Shown here: positions 36,824 to 49,809 of the stretch, in pieces
How the letters are laid out: each line of letters opens with the position of its first letter
Numbering within the stretch: the first letter of the stretch is position 1
Assembly (NCBI GenBank): GCA_003427395.1
Contig: BFEA01000017.1
Span: 2,042,052 to 2,106,051 of the forward strand
Origin: Chara braunii
Taxonomy: Eukaryota; Plantae; Charophyceae
DNA length: 64,000 nt
Direction: 5' to 3'
Translations under genes and position numbers: made by a program
The notes under the pieces: model-generated
The model's input: the letters and a program-made list of their open reading frames with translations, nothing else
Told to the model about the DNA's origin: nothing
Databases searched by the model: none

Positions 36824-37133
36824 CTGTCTCTTATACACATCTAGATGTGTATAAGAGACAGCGCTAAACCATTGGATAGATTTGAGTGTGCTTCGATTTA
36901 CATTTAGATGGCGCTGCCATCTGTCCGCCACCATGTCTCGTAGCCCGCGCTTGGGCCTGAGCATCCGGTAGACGGACTTCGTTTTTAGGGCGGCTAATTG
37001 GAGTCTCTTATACACATCTAGATGTGTATAAGAGACAGGTGTATGATCAATCAGCCAGTTATTGGTCGGTAGGCAACGGTGAGTGATTTGCCATTGAAGA
37101 GCGGAGATTTTTGTCGGCCTTTTGCGATACTCG
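36824..37133. other. chimeric segment: two Nextera adapters (36824-36861, 37003-37038) joined to reordered fragments of lineage-A LINE
   Basis: 36862-37002 matches ~12725-12860 and 37039-37133 matches ~12626-12720, in swapped order, next to an N-gap. Confidence 0.9.
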
Positions 37134-37540
37134 NNNNNNNNNNNNNNNNNNNNNNNNNNNNNNNNNNNNNNNNNNNNNNNNNNNNNNNNNNNNNNNNNNN
37201 NNNNNNNNNNNNNNNNNNNNNNNNNNNNNNNNNNNNNNNNNNNNNNNNNNNNNNNNNNNNNNNNNNNNNNNNNTTTTTTTTTTTTTTTTTTTTAGGAGAA
37301 TAGCCAACCCTGAGTCATTATTTTTAGGGGTAACTATGGCACAGTCACTAAAGCAATTTGTAAACGCGTTTCGAACTGCCTTTTTTCTTGCAGACCAGTA
37401 CGGTCCCAAGTTTCAAATGCATGCAGAAAAGTCGCAACGCCCAGTTTGCAACTGCAGTCCAGTCCGGCATGTGGCCTTTTCTTTTTTTTCTTTTTTTTTT
37501 AATCTCGGACGTGGCCGAGCCACACGACGGGCCAAGATTA

Positions 37541-37573
<33 letters not shown>

Positions 37574-38080
37574 TCAAAAAAAAAGGAGAACCTTGCTCCA
37601 CTATAATTCTTGACATGCACAAAAGACAAAAATAATGGTGCTGTATCTTTCCATGCTCTAGCGGAAGATTCACTCTCGTTTTGCAGATTTGAAAAGTGGG
37701 GGGCTCCACTGTATCTTTCTATGTTCTAGCCGAAGATTCCCTCTCGTTTGCAAAACATTTCGAGAGTAGTGGAGCATGGCCCTATCAGTCATGGAAACCG
37801 AGAGTGAATCTTCCGCTAGAGTATCGAAAGATACAGCGCCACAATCTTTTCTTTTTTTCTTCTTGTTTCTTCTTTTTGTTTTTGGAAAACAGCCTGGCCC
37901 TCCGACATGGAGGACTAGACTGCACTGTCACTGCAGTTACAAACTCTGCCCTGCAACAGCCACGCGAAGGAGGAGTTTGGCCTGCAGCGTAAACTTCAGA
38001 AGGGACTGGACTAGGGTGGCCGAGTACTGTGGGGCACTGCCATCCTTCTAGTATCCCACCTCTACAACAACCTGGGCTTT

Positions 38081-38251
38081 TCAACCACTCGTACCTCCGA
38101 GCCTATGTTCGACAAGTTCTGGTCTACCTCCGAACTTTCATGTGGCCGAGCCCGCCGTTGATAAATCTGATCGGTGGCCGTCGTTTCGTTCGGCCTCCTG
38201 TAAGGTCGGAGGCCGAGTATATTCGAATCTACAAAGGTACTAGTGGTTGAA
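38081..38251. mobile_element. ~170-bp MITE-like element related to 36430-36602
   Basis: ttcaaccactcgtacct / aggtactagtggttgaa, a 17-bp inverted repeat with 1 mismatch. Confidence 0.6.
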
Positions 38252-38874
38252 GAAAAGAAAAAAAAAATCACAAAAAAAATCAAAAAAGAAAAAAGAAAAA
38301 AGAGCGCAGTTTCAAATGTATTTAGAAACTCAAACCATGACAGCGCCCTGGTTTTCTCTTATTCACTTTTATTGGGGTTTTTAACTTCCCTTGGAGTCCT
38401 GACATCCTGGGGTGCTAAGAGAACCAGCAGGAAGAAAGGGAGTAGTTTTTCTCTTATTCCCCTTTTATTGGGGTTTTTAACTTCCGTTGGAGTCCTGACA
38501 TCCTGGGGTGCTAAGAGAACCAGCAGAAAGAAAGGGAGTAGTACCAATTGGAGGACTGACAAGATGGGCCCCCCCTCGGCTAAGTCACGGGCCTACATTG
38601 CCCGCATCGTACTCTGTTCACAGATTTTGTGTAGACTGAAACAGGACGCTCGGCCTGTTTCCAAGAAGGTGCTGCTCCTCACCATTGCATGAAGCCGCCC
38701 ACATCGTACTCTGTTCACAGATTTTGTGTAGACTGAAACAGGACGCTGGGCCTGTTTCCAAGCAGGTGCTGCTCCTCACCATTGCATGAAGCCGCCCACA
38801 GTCTCAGCCTGTCGTGTGTCTGTTCCTACCGCCACCTCAGGCTGTCTTTAAAAAAAAAAAAAAAAAAAAAAAAA

Positions 38875-39679
38875 CATCTCTTCCATTATCAACATGACAA
38901 ATGAACTGAGGCCGGGGACGTCACAATTCAACCCGGAGTCATCCCAGCAGCATCAGCCAGTTTAGCTTAACATGAAAAATATACTGTCTCGAATGCAGAT
39001 ATGATAAACCTCTTCACTCCAAGAGAAGCTAATTGTCACCAACCTCCTGCTTGATTGTTACAAGAGCGATTGGTGGGGAGCGACACCTGCTGGAAACCGG
39101 GGACCTCTTTGGGGCTGAAGAACGGCTTAAGATTATCACATGCAGTCAAATCTCGAGAGAGAATGCAGCCAGAAACACAAGGGGGGTTGTGGACACTCCT
39201 GGGAGTAGACTCGGGAAGATCAGGAGACAACTGCCAGGTGGGGCTGGGTCAGATGTAAAGTCGGAGCACCGTAATCGGAACGGGACTATGTGGAGCTCCA
39301 AGGGACACTGGGTGCTCCAGAGTAGAACAGAGTAGAACAGAACAATGACTACAGCCTTATAATGGGTGCTCCAGAGTAGAACAGAACAATGACTATAGCA
39401 TCATCACTGAGATCTGTCTTGCTGTATTGAAGGGACGCTGGACCCGGTTTCCAGCAGGTGTCGCTCCCCACCAATCGCTCTTGCAACAATCAGCAGGAAA
39501 CAATCAAGCAGGAGGTTGGTGACGATTAGCTTATCTAGGAGTGAAGAGGTTTATCATATCTGAATTCGAGACAGTATATTTCATAAGCTAAGCCGGCTGA
39601 TGCAGCCGGGATGACTCCAGGTTGAATTGTGAGGTCCCCGGCCTCAGTTCATTTGTCATGTTGATAATGCAAGAGACGG
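38875..39679. repeat. fold-back: ~225-bp inverted arms made of LINE-3'-end-like sequence, ~340-bp spacer
   Basis: 38875-39101 is the near-identical reverse complement of ~39444-39679. The arms contain the GCTGGACCCGGTTTCCAGC and GAGGTCCCCGGCCTC hairpins. Confidence 0.9.
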
Positions 39680-39902
39680 TTTTGATAATAATTATATATA
39701 TATATATATATCGTCATATATATATATAAAAATCCAATCTATTGGTGGGGAGCTGCACCTGCTGGAAACGGGTCCAGCGTCCCTTATAACAGTGGTTCCA
39801 GGTCCTGTGAACCCAGCCCAATATGGAGGTGTATCTTTCCATGTTCTAGCGTCAGATTCATTCTCATTTTGAACATTTGTTGAGTGAACCCAGCCCATTC
39901 CA

Positions 39903-40845
39903 ACCTGCCTCGACGGTAGGTGTTTGCATTGGCGCCAGCGCAAGGCGATTGCCAGCTTGGGCACCCTGTGCGATGGCACAGGCGCTCCTCGATTGAACTT
40001 TTCGACACGAGTACTGTTGTCGGCTGCATCGTTGGCGACATTGTGTATGTCTCTGTGTGTGGTATGTTTGCCCGCTTGGGCACCCTCTGCGATGGCACAG
40101 ACACTCCTCGCTTGTACTTCGACACGAGTACTGTTGCAGGCTGCGTCATTGGCGACGTTGTGTATGTCTGAGTGTGTGGTATGTTTTGTGCTTCGTGTGT
40201 GCAGAATTGCCCGTGCTCGCGTTCACGGACTGCCATATACCTGCCCTTCATGGACTGCAAAGTACCTGCCAAGTGTCTGATGGTTACAAGGACCTCTAAG
40301 CCACGTGTCAGCGGCGGGCGACCAATCAGATGGCAGATCTTGAGTTAGATGTTCGACCTGATGCTGGGGGGAAGTTGTTCATCTCTTGGATACTTGGTAG
40401 AATTTTCGATAGCTTGGCCGAGGCAGGGATCATGGTCTCTACCTTTTGCTGTGCGTGGGAAAGGTTAGGCATAGGATGCTAGTATATAAAGGAGGCAAGG
40501 CCTTGGTATGGCCTCCAAGCTAGTGTGTTGGATGAGCACTCTCGTTGTACTGATCCACCTGAAGAGTCTGACACATGATTGGGATTTGATTGGCAATCGC
40601 CGATCGGGCTTGTGCTTCGCTCTTGAGCGATGCTACGTAACTCAAAGGGTGTATTTTTCGATTTCTCTCTGGATTGCACTCGTTCCTGTTTGCTTCTATT
40701 GTGTGCGCGTAACGCATTGTATGCTATTGGCATATGTCTTCACTTTCTTTCTCATGCTTGCCAATGGGCAGTCTGGCCGGTCTGTCTGTCTCTATACAGA
40801 GCAGTTCCCCATTCCAGTACCGTCGTTGAAAACGATATGCTTGCA
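39903..40845 (+). mobile_element. LTR-like non-coding repeat with internal ~118-bp tandem duplication and TATA/CCAAT-like motifs
   Basis: 39955-40070 resembles 40075-40190. ccaatcag at ~40322 and tatataaagg at ~40484. Ends not defined. Confidence 0.35.
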
Positions 40846-42733
40846 GGGGTCCCCTGTCTAGCCTTAGGAGTAGTGGTGGGTAGGCCGTGACAAATAGAAA
40901 ACATATAAGTTCCATGACATGGCACAAGCCAGTCACAATATGTGAGGTGAGAGGAAAAATAACTAAAATAAATAAATATATATATATATATAGGGGAAAC
41001 TACGCGGGAGTCACAATAACAAGTTATAATTGCACAATGGGCCAAGATACAGTTTTGAATTGCAGTTCGGGCAATGTATACAACCCAGCTTGCTGGCCAG
41101 GTAGGGTGCACGAAGTTCAGTTGCAAACTGTATCTTGCCCGATACTGCAAATATACAAAATAAAAAGGGATATTTCTTTAAGCCCAACCAATTCAATTAC
41201 CTGTGGAATCTGGACAGGACGGCCTTTCATGCCTTTTCTATGGTCGCTATAAAAATACGTGGAACCCACAGCAGCCACATCGGTGCTCAAGCCTCTAACG
41301 AGGGAACAAGGGGGGGGGCGGACCCACCAGCAGGCGTGATACCTGCTACAGCATGTGGGGGATACCGGCCAGGGGTCAGCCGGTAGTGCGTGCTTCCTTG
41401 ATGGGCCATATCACTGTGCCTCCCCTCCGGTCCCCTCCCCCCTATGGGCCTCGCCACACCACTCCCGAGTTTGGAAAATTTTTGGGAGTGCTCCCGAAGG
41501 TGAAACTCGCTCGAGAGTGGCCTTCGCCACACTATACACTCTCTGGTCGGCCAGTCCTGGCCGGGCTCGAAGTCTGAAAGTCTGAAAATGTCAGCTGCCA
41601 CATGCGGACACGATCAGTGTGAACACTGTGAAGCAGTCCGGCAGAAGTCCGTTTGTCCCTTCCAGCTCCACTCCTGAATCCGGGATGAAACTCAAGAGGA
41701 GCCATGTTCCAAGGACGTCTCTGAGAAGGCAGCTTTGCAGGTGGAGAATCAAGGAGTGCTCTCAGAAGCCACATTCTGACAGCACCAGAATTCAATCTGA
41801 CAGGCTGAAGACTGTAAGTTGGGGGCTGGTGTGGCGATGATGCTGCACTCCCGAAAATGGCCAAGAGCGCCCCCTTCTCCACAGGCTGTGCAAAACCGAC
41901 AATTTTGCATGGCCACACAGACTGTGCAAGAATTGGGGCTCAAACAAATTTCAACAGGCGTCAGATTAGTACGCTCTACAGCCACCCTCCCCCATTCGTT
42001 TCCTCCCGGCTGCAGGAGCATGGTCCCACTAGCAACGGGGATGGGATTAAGAGCGTGAATCCGGGCGTGTGTTTAGGCAGAGATGCAGAGGAGTTCAATC
42101 TCGATTTTCTGCACTTGTCCACAAACTCGGCCAAACTAAGGCCTTCAATCCAACCCTCTTTGCGATTGGGACCTCGCCCCAGGAGACGGAAATTCGAAAG
42201 TGCCCCAGTGCACCTGCCTTTGCGTTGTCAGGGACTGTTCGGTGACTGCTGTGCCTTGTGGAAAGGCCAAGTCCAGTCCATTTGGCCATGACCAAAACCC
42301 TTGCATCTGGACAGCCTGTGGGCCCGGGGGGGGGGGGGGGGGGAAACTGTCCACCGCCTACTTTCTATTTTCTTCTGACAGCTGTCGAGACCCAAAGCTG
42401 TCCACCGCCTACTTTCCAATTTTTTCTGACAGCTGTCGAGACCCAAAGAGTTTTGACAACCTGTGTGGCAAGCCTCCAAGGGCCTAGCCACACCCCCCTC
42501 TTGAGTAGTTGCCTTTTCAAGAGTTCCTCAGCCCCTCGCCTCAAGGCAAGCACTCTTGAAACGGCCAAAGTGCAAAAAAACAATGGAGGATGCAAAAAGA
42601 CTGTGTCGTACAGCCCTTTTTTTTTTTTTCTTTTTTTTTTCTTCACTCAATTTTTTTTTATTTTTATTTTTTACAAGGAAACTCTGCTCAATTTCACCTC
42701 ACACTAGTACCTGCCCACCACTACTCCTAATTG

Positions 42734-43092
42734 TTTTTTTTTTCTTTTTTTTTTTACTCCTAATTGTAAACATACGTGGAGCCCCGTAGCGGCGTAGCAG
42801 CCAGAACCGTGTTCACAAGAGAACATGCGGGGACTGCTCCCGACCTGCAGGTGGGCGATTGCAGGTGGGCGATACCCGCTAGACAGCCGGCAGCATCAGG
42901 GACCATCCATGCCAACAGGACCAATCCCTGTGCCTCCCCTCAGGTGGCGGTCCCCTCCCCTCCCAACATCAGCAGACTCTGCTCAATGCCTATGGCCGGA
43001 TCCAGTTGTCTATCTCTAGGTGGCGGGCGCCAAGCATTCCCAGGAACGTACATGAGTCCAATGGGGATTGAACCCACGCCCTCCTGAATGGG
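42734..43092 (-). mobile_element. probable tRNA-derived SINE (truncated head)
   Basis: Minus strand reads ggcgtgggttcaatccccat (T-arm/B-box-like) at ~43062-43081. Poly(A) appears as a T-run at 42734-42755. A partial second copy of the body lies at ~41256-41350. Confidence 0.5.
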
Positions 43093-43097
43093 CCTCG

Positions 43098-43215
43098 CTC
43101 CCCCTACTCACCAAATGTGCAAAAATGAGAATCAGAACGAATCTTCCGCTAGAATATGGCAAGATACCCCGCCAACATTTTTGTATTTTGTGCATGTCCA
43201 GAGTAGTGCAGCAAG
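43098..43215. repeat. representative copy of a dispersed ~115-bp palindromic-ended repeat (miniature MITE family)
   Basis: Ends ctactc.cc.aatgtgcaaaa ... ttttgtgcatgt..agagtagtg with core aatcttccgctagaa.atgg.aagata. Other copies at ~37596-37840, 39825-39885, 45628-45742, 49434-49806, 50809-50993 and 56707-56745. Confidence 0.8.
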
Positions 43216-43561
43216 GCCCAATGCCACTTGCCAGCCCTCCCAACTGAGTTAGGCCCCTGGATGCTTTGTTTTTTTTAATTGGCCTCAGGATAAAGGCCCG
43301 ACAACCACTCTTGAAAATGAAAATCGAGGACCTAGATCAGTTGGTACACCCCTGGGACGAGGTCGCATCAACAATGACGATTGGATTAAGTTCCTTAACC
43401 TGGACGTGTTTTAAGCAGAGGTGCAGAAAAGCAATATATCACAAGATGGCGGTTCGCATGCTCAATGGACTCAGTAGACTAAGCAGAGTCCGGATACCCA
43501 GTGGCCGCAGCATCGAGCCTTCGAAGCTGATTCCTACCGAAAATACGTTACAGAGAAGAGC

Positions 43562-43638
<77 letters not shown>

Positions 43639-43698
43639 GTGTCTCACTCTGTGTCTTGTGTCTCTCTCTCTCTCTGTGTCTCTGTCTGTGTCTCTCTG

Positions 43699-43773
<75 letters not shown>

Positions 43774-43993
43774 NNNNNNNNNNNNNNNNNNNNNNNNNNN
43801 NNNNNNNNNNNNNNNNNNNNNNNNNNNNNNNNNNNNNNNNNNNNNNNNNNNNNNNNNNNNNNNNNNNNNNNNNNNNNNNNNNNNNNNNNNNNNNNNNNNN
43901 NNNNNNNNNNNNNNNNNNNNNNNNNNNNNNNNNNNNNNNNNNNNNNNNNNNNNNNNNNNNNNNNNNNNNNNNNNNNNNNNNNNNNNNNNNNNN

Positions 43994-44034
<41 letters not shown>

Positions 44035-44761
44035 ATATACCCACACACACACGGATGTGTCCTTGTGTGTGTGCGCGCTACGCGGGCGCGTGTGTCTCTT
44101 GCGTGTGCGTGTCTGCGGCCGTTGAGTGTTTCTTGCGTGTGTGTGGTTACTGAAGAGTGACCGAACGACCCAGCTCTTCTCTGTGACGATCCACACCAGA
44201 CGCAGCACTCCACATTGCCCGTGCACACCACCTCTCAAGGGCCTGAAAAGCCCCTCAAGAGACTGAACCCCCACCACGAAATAAAGGCAGGTCCGTCACA
44301 GCGAGAAAGTGCACTCCGCACTCACAACTCGGCGTGCACCAAACGCGTTTGGTCGACTGCTCGGTAGTTTGAACTTTGAATTCAAGTTTCAACCACTGCC
44401 GTTCAGTGCGCTCACCAGTGTCACCACCTCTAAGTTCTAACCGGTCAAAAAAAGAGAACAAAGACAAAAGAAAAAGAGAAAGAAACTCCGCCCTGCGAGA
44501 ATTCTTCACCGGAGCTACCGCAGTCGTGAATACGATTTCTCACAGCCAAACCCCCTTTCATCTCTGTTTGTCAGACTGCCTGTCATTCTCTCACTCTCGT
44601 CGAGCATGTCCGCGCTTCACTACGGCTTCAGGCTTTCTGAGAAACGCTACCAACAGGTGGAAATGACGAGCGAACGCGCGCGCGCGCGAGAGAGAGAGAG
44701 AGACGCCAACACGAGAGAGAGAGAGAGACGTCAACACGAGAGAGAGACAGACGCCAACACG

Positions 44762-44816
<55 letters not shown>

Positions 44817-45185
44817 GGGGGGGGGTCCCAGTAGCGGAGGTTTAGTTGATGTTTCGTGTAGTTTCCAACGTGGTCACAACACAGTAGGGCCGTTAGATTT
44901 TCAGATGGGATGGCAAGGAGGAGCCATCATCCATGTATATTCGAAACCAGAACAAAACCTCGAGAAGTGGGACATGGCCACAGCTTCTGCGTGACATCAA
45001 TATAATGGCGGGGACAAGGGGAAAAAAAAAGAGATCAAATCAAAGAGGGAAAAAAATAAAATAAAATGGTGAGGGAGAGAGAGTGGGTGATGGAGGGTCA
45101 CCCTTCCATCTGTGCGACAAAACACAGTGTAATGGGGGGGAACCCGGGGAAGAGAAAACCAGAGCAAAATTACACTCCCACGATT

Positions 45186-45235
<50 letters not shown>

Positions 45236-45236
45236 G

Positions 45237-45267
<31 letters not shown>

Positions 45268-46135
45268 AAATCAAAGAAAGAAAGAATGGGGAGGGACAGT
45301 GTAAAGTGCCGGCGCCATTTTTACTTTTTTTTGTTTATTATTATATTATTTTTTTTAACTTGTCCATGTTTAGTTCTGGTTTCAAGTATGCAGGGCTCCC
45401 TGTTCCCTGCCATCCATCCGATCTGAAAACTCCACGGCCACGATGTGACCACGTTGCAAATTACACCAAACATAAAACTAAGCCCCCGCTACCTACTGGG
45501 ACATGGTCCCCGGTCACCCCGCCGGTGTGACTACGGAGGGTGAGCGACGGGCTGTGCTCGGCGCTCGCTCCCCCACTTCGCCTCGAGGAAACGTCTGAGT
45601 CCTTGATGCAATTATGACCTCGCCGCACTCCTCACCAACAACATGCACAAACGACAAAAATGATGGCGGTGCATTTAGTCATGTTCTTGCGGAAGATTCA
45701 CATTGAATTTCTCATTTCGTGCATTTGATGACTAGTGCGGCGATGCACAATATCCCTCATCGAGTCATCGTCACGTTCCGCGGCGCAGATACCGTCCGTT
45801 GGAGTTAACACTAATGGTCAGCAGATCAAGGATCGGTGCGCAGACTGCCAGTTAAGAAGTAGCCGGGTAATCGAAGGATCAGAGAAATCAATTACGACCG
45901 TCTGATCGAAGGATCTGAAATGTGTATGCGGATCGGGATCTGGATGGTAATCAATTACCACCGTCTAATCGAAGGATCTGAAACAAGTAACCAGATCGGG
46001 ATCTGGATGCGCGGAGAGCTCCCAGTGGAAAAAAGAACGAGTAGGATAGGTGTAGCCTACTCTTACATAAGCAGTGAAGAAGAGAATCGGACCGAACACG
46101 AGAGGTCAGCAGATAGAAGATTCGTGCGCGACCAA

Positions 46136-46302
46136 ACGATCTGGATCTGGATCTGGATCTGGAACTGGATGTGGACCTGGAACTGGATCTGGACCTGGAT
46201 CTGGACCTGGACCTGGATCTGGACCTGGACCTGGATCTGGATCAGGATATGGATATGGATCTGGATATGGATCTGGATATGGATCTGGATATGGATCTGG
46301 AA
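46136..46302. repeat. hexamer tandem repeat (GGATCT/GGACCT/GGATAT)n
   Basis: Directly visible. Produces GSGPG, WIWIW and QIQIQ spurious ORFs. Confidence 0.95.
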
Positions 46303-47022
46303 CTGATAGAGGAGATCCGATGAAATGCATAAGCCCGATCCCATTTGCGCGCTGGAGTACTGCCTGTCCTGGATCGCGAATCCATTATCCATCTACAATT
46401 ATGTGCAATGGATTGGATGCCGAATGACGTTTTTTTGGACAACTCGTAGCTTGCTCGCTATGGCTTTGGCTAATCTCCCACTTCCACCGCCCTGCTAATT
46501 TTATTTTCTCTCTCTCTCTGTGTTCTCTGTGTGTGTGTCTGTGTGTGTCTGTGTGTGTCTGTGTGTGTCTGTGTGTGTCTGTGTGTGTCTGTGTGTGTGT
46601 CGTGTGTGTTGTGTGTGTGTGTCTGTGTGTGTGTGTGTGTGTGTGCGTGTGTATGTGTGTGAAGGGTCGTTCAGGGCGGGGAAAGGTTCGTATGACAATA
46701 AGAACAAGTCATGAGCCTGGTTTAAAAAGCCATGATGGAAAGTGAAGGCACTCGAACAATCCACTTTCAGTTTCAAGAATCTCAATCCTTGACAAAATTG
46801 CACAGCTCGTATCATGATCTTTTCTCACGGCGGCTTCCACACACACACACACACACACACACATTGAAACACAGCACACGCATTCATGTTCTGGAAAACC
46901 TGTGCCAGTAGTCGTGGGAGTGCGCATACACCTCTCACTGAGGCACACACACAGAAGCTCACCCGCACGCTACCGCGCGCGTGCGCACTGACACAGACAC
47001 AGGCACACAAACGCGCGCGCGC

Positions 47023-47106
<84 letters not shown>

Positions 47107-49809
47107 AGAGCTACAGATCGGGGGCGAGGTTAATTGATATACACTTGGGGTATACATAGCAATTGGGGTATCCAAGCTGGCCACGAGGGAGCATCGCCAG
47201 TCCCGACGTTTCTGCGCTCTTCTTCTCAACAAAGAAGTAAACACCAACTCTGCTGCGCAGCGCACAGCAATCATTAGCTTCAGTAAATGCACGGTCGAGA
47301 GATTAGAATCATCATTCAATCATGCAGGGAGGAGGAGAGAGAGTGCCCAGAATTGATCGGGACCCAGGACAAAAAGCGATCCCATCCGCCATGTCCCGAC
47401 TGGCTCGCCGGTCGATCTGCATTGTGTTGGATCCCGCGTTGAGAGTCTCCATCCTCCATTCCCCCCTCCCCTCTCCCCCCTCCCCCGGCTGCTCCAGGCC
47501 CTGTACTCTGTAGTTGTGCCTACTTACGGCAAGATTCGAGCATCCAACATCCAGCTTACCTCTCTGGTAGCTATCAGGTGAAGCGCGCCAAGCCGCCGAC
47601 CGCACACCCGCTCCTCCTGCCTCTGCCTGATCTTCGTCCCTTTCCTTCACTGATTCGCTCTCAGTCTATTGCCACAGTGTGGTGGGCACTGGTATCTTCT
47701 GTGATCCTCTCTATTGCGCACCGATGGCCCGCTTCATATATACTCAATCACGAATCCTACCAATAGGTAAATCCCACCCGCTCGCTCTTCTGCGCGCCGA
47801 TGCCCAAATAATCTTTTATTATGTGAGACGTATCTACTATTACACATGTGTTGTCCGCGTCAGTGTGCGACTGCACTTCCCCACGAAAGGATGTCTTTCC
47901 CCTCGGCAGCGACGACAACATCTATTCACTCAAGTCTGACCTCTTGCCTCTTCCGTTCTTCTTTTTTCTATTTTGTCCTCCCTGTTCCTTTCTCGTTTTC
48001 AACCCTCTCCTCCTCTCTCAACCCTCTCCTCCTCTCTCAACCCTCTCTCTCTCCCGCTCTCTCTCCATGACGTTTGATCGTACAAGATCTGAAGAGAGTT
48101 ACAGATAGAGAGACAGAGAAAAGAAGAGAGGGTGTTTCCTTCACAGTGCTCAAGCTTCAGCACTGCACCCAGACTCTGTCTGACTAACAGTACGTCTGTC
48201 TGTTCCTCAGCATCTGCCGGCATGCAAACGTGTCCTTCAGCAGCGCCTGACTTAACCCCTCCCCTCTCTCCTGAGTCTCCCCCCCCCATTTCCCCCCGTC
48301 TTCCTCCTCCAAACCCCTCCGGTCCCTAACAATAACGATGTAATCTGACGGCTGGGAAGAGGGGAGTACGATACGAAGAAGAGAGCAGAGGGTTCTTGCG
48401 GCTTAGCTAATCGTCACAGGGAAAGCTCGTGCACCACGTCAAACGCGACGCGTTTCGACGCCCGCGGCAGCGCCGTCAGCCCGGGCTGAGGGCGATATCT
48501 GTCAACTAAGGCTCATGCGTCCAACGCTCGGCCGACCGCCGAGGTTGACCTGGGGCTGCCTGCCTCTTTGTGTTTGTCGTTTCTGTGTACGGATTTCTGC
48601 GTGTCGTTTTTGGAAAGCGCAGGGGCCATCCATCGATTCCATCCACGATAAGCTTCTCTGCGTTCTGCGCAGAATTTTTTGTGTACGGATTTCTGCGTGT
48701 CGTTTTTTGTTTCGTGGGCGTACGTTTTTTTTTTTTTTTTTTTTTTNNNNNNNNNNNNNNNNNNNNNNNNNNNNNNNNNNNNNNNNNNNNNNNNNNNNNN
48801 NNNNNNNNNNNNNNNNNNNNNNNNNNNNNNNNNNNNNNNNNNNNNNNNNNNNNNNNNNNNNNNNNNNNNNNNNNNNNNNNNNNNNNNNNNNNNNNNNNNN
48901 NNNNNNNNNNNNNNNNNNNNNNNNNNNNNNNNNNNNNNNNNNNNNNNNNNNNNNNNNNNNNNNNNNNNNNNNNNNNNNNNNNNNNNNNNNNNNNNNNNNN
49001 NNNNNNNNNNNNNNNNNNNNNNNNNNNNNNNNNNNNNNNNNNNNNNNNNNNNNNNNNNNNNNNNNNNNNNNNNNNNNNNNNNNNNNNNNNNNNNNNNNNN
49101 NNNNNNNNNNNNNNNNNNNNNNNNNNNNNNNNNNNNNNNNNNNNNNNNNNNNNNNNNNNNNNNNNNNNNNNNNNNNNNNNNNNNNNNNNNNNNNNNNNNN
49201 NNNNNNNNNNNNNNNNNNNNNNNNNNNNNNNNNNNNNNNNNNNNNNNNNNNNNNNNNNNNNNNNNNNNNNNNNNNNNNNNNNNNNNNNNNNNNNNNNNNN
49301 NNNNNNNNNNNNNNNNNNNNNNNNNNNNNNNNNNNNNNNNNNNNNNTTTTTTTTTTTTTTTTTTGTGCTTCGCGTTTTTTGGTCATTTTTGTCGGTAGCG
49401 AATGGAGGGTACCGGAAACGAGGAACAAGGGCCTCGCTGCACTACTCTCCACATGCACAAACGACAAAAAAGAGGGCAATGGACGTCGCTCCACTACTCT
49501 CGAAATGTGCAAAACGAGAGTGAATTTTATCCTAGAACATGGAAAGATAAATAACCATGATTTTTGTCTTTTGTGCATTTCCGTGTTCTAGGGGGTTCGA
49601 CAGCCTGTGTGGCGAGCCTCTAGGGGTGGATTCAGTGTCTGCACTACTCTCCACATGCACAAAAGACAAAACAAAACAAAAAAGAAGGCAAAAATAAGGC
49701 AATCTCCCTTTCCATGTTCTAGGGGGTTGTGCACTTTGAAGAGTAGTGCAGCGAGGGAGGCCCCATGGGCCTCGCTCCACTACTCACCAAATGTGCCGAA
49801 TGAGACTGA

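Noticed and set aside
39600-39665. HDV-like ribozyme suggested by the AGG-TCCCCGG-CCT loop
   Set aside because: Could not assemble nested P1/P2/P1.1/P4 helices or a J4/2 catalytic C. It fits a simple bulged hairpin.
43055-43092. tRNA gene
   Set aside because: Only a T-arm/B-box-like piece is present, with no cloverleaf. Treated as a SINE head.
45920-46427. GSGPG-, WIWIW- and QIQIQ-repeat proteins
   Set aside because: Translations of a hexamer microsatellite. The same applies to the ER, TH, CV and poly-E ORFs and to ORFs spanning N-gaps.
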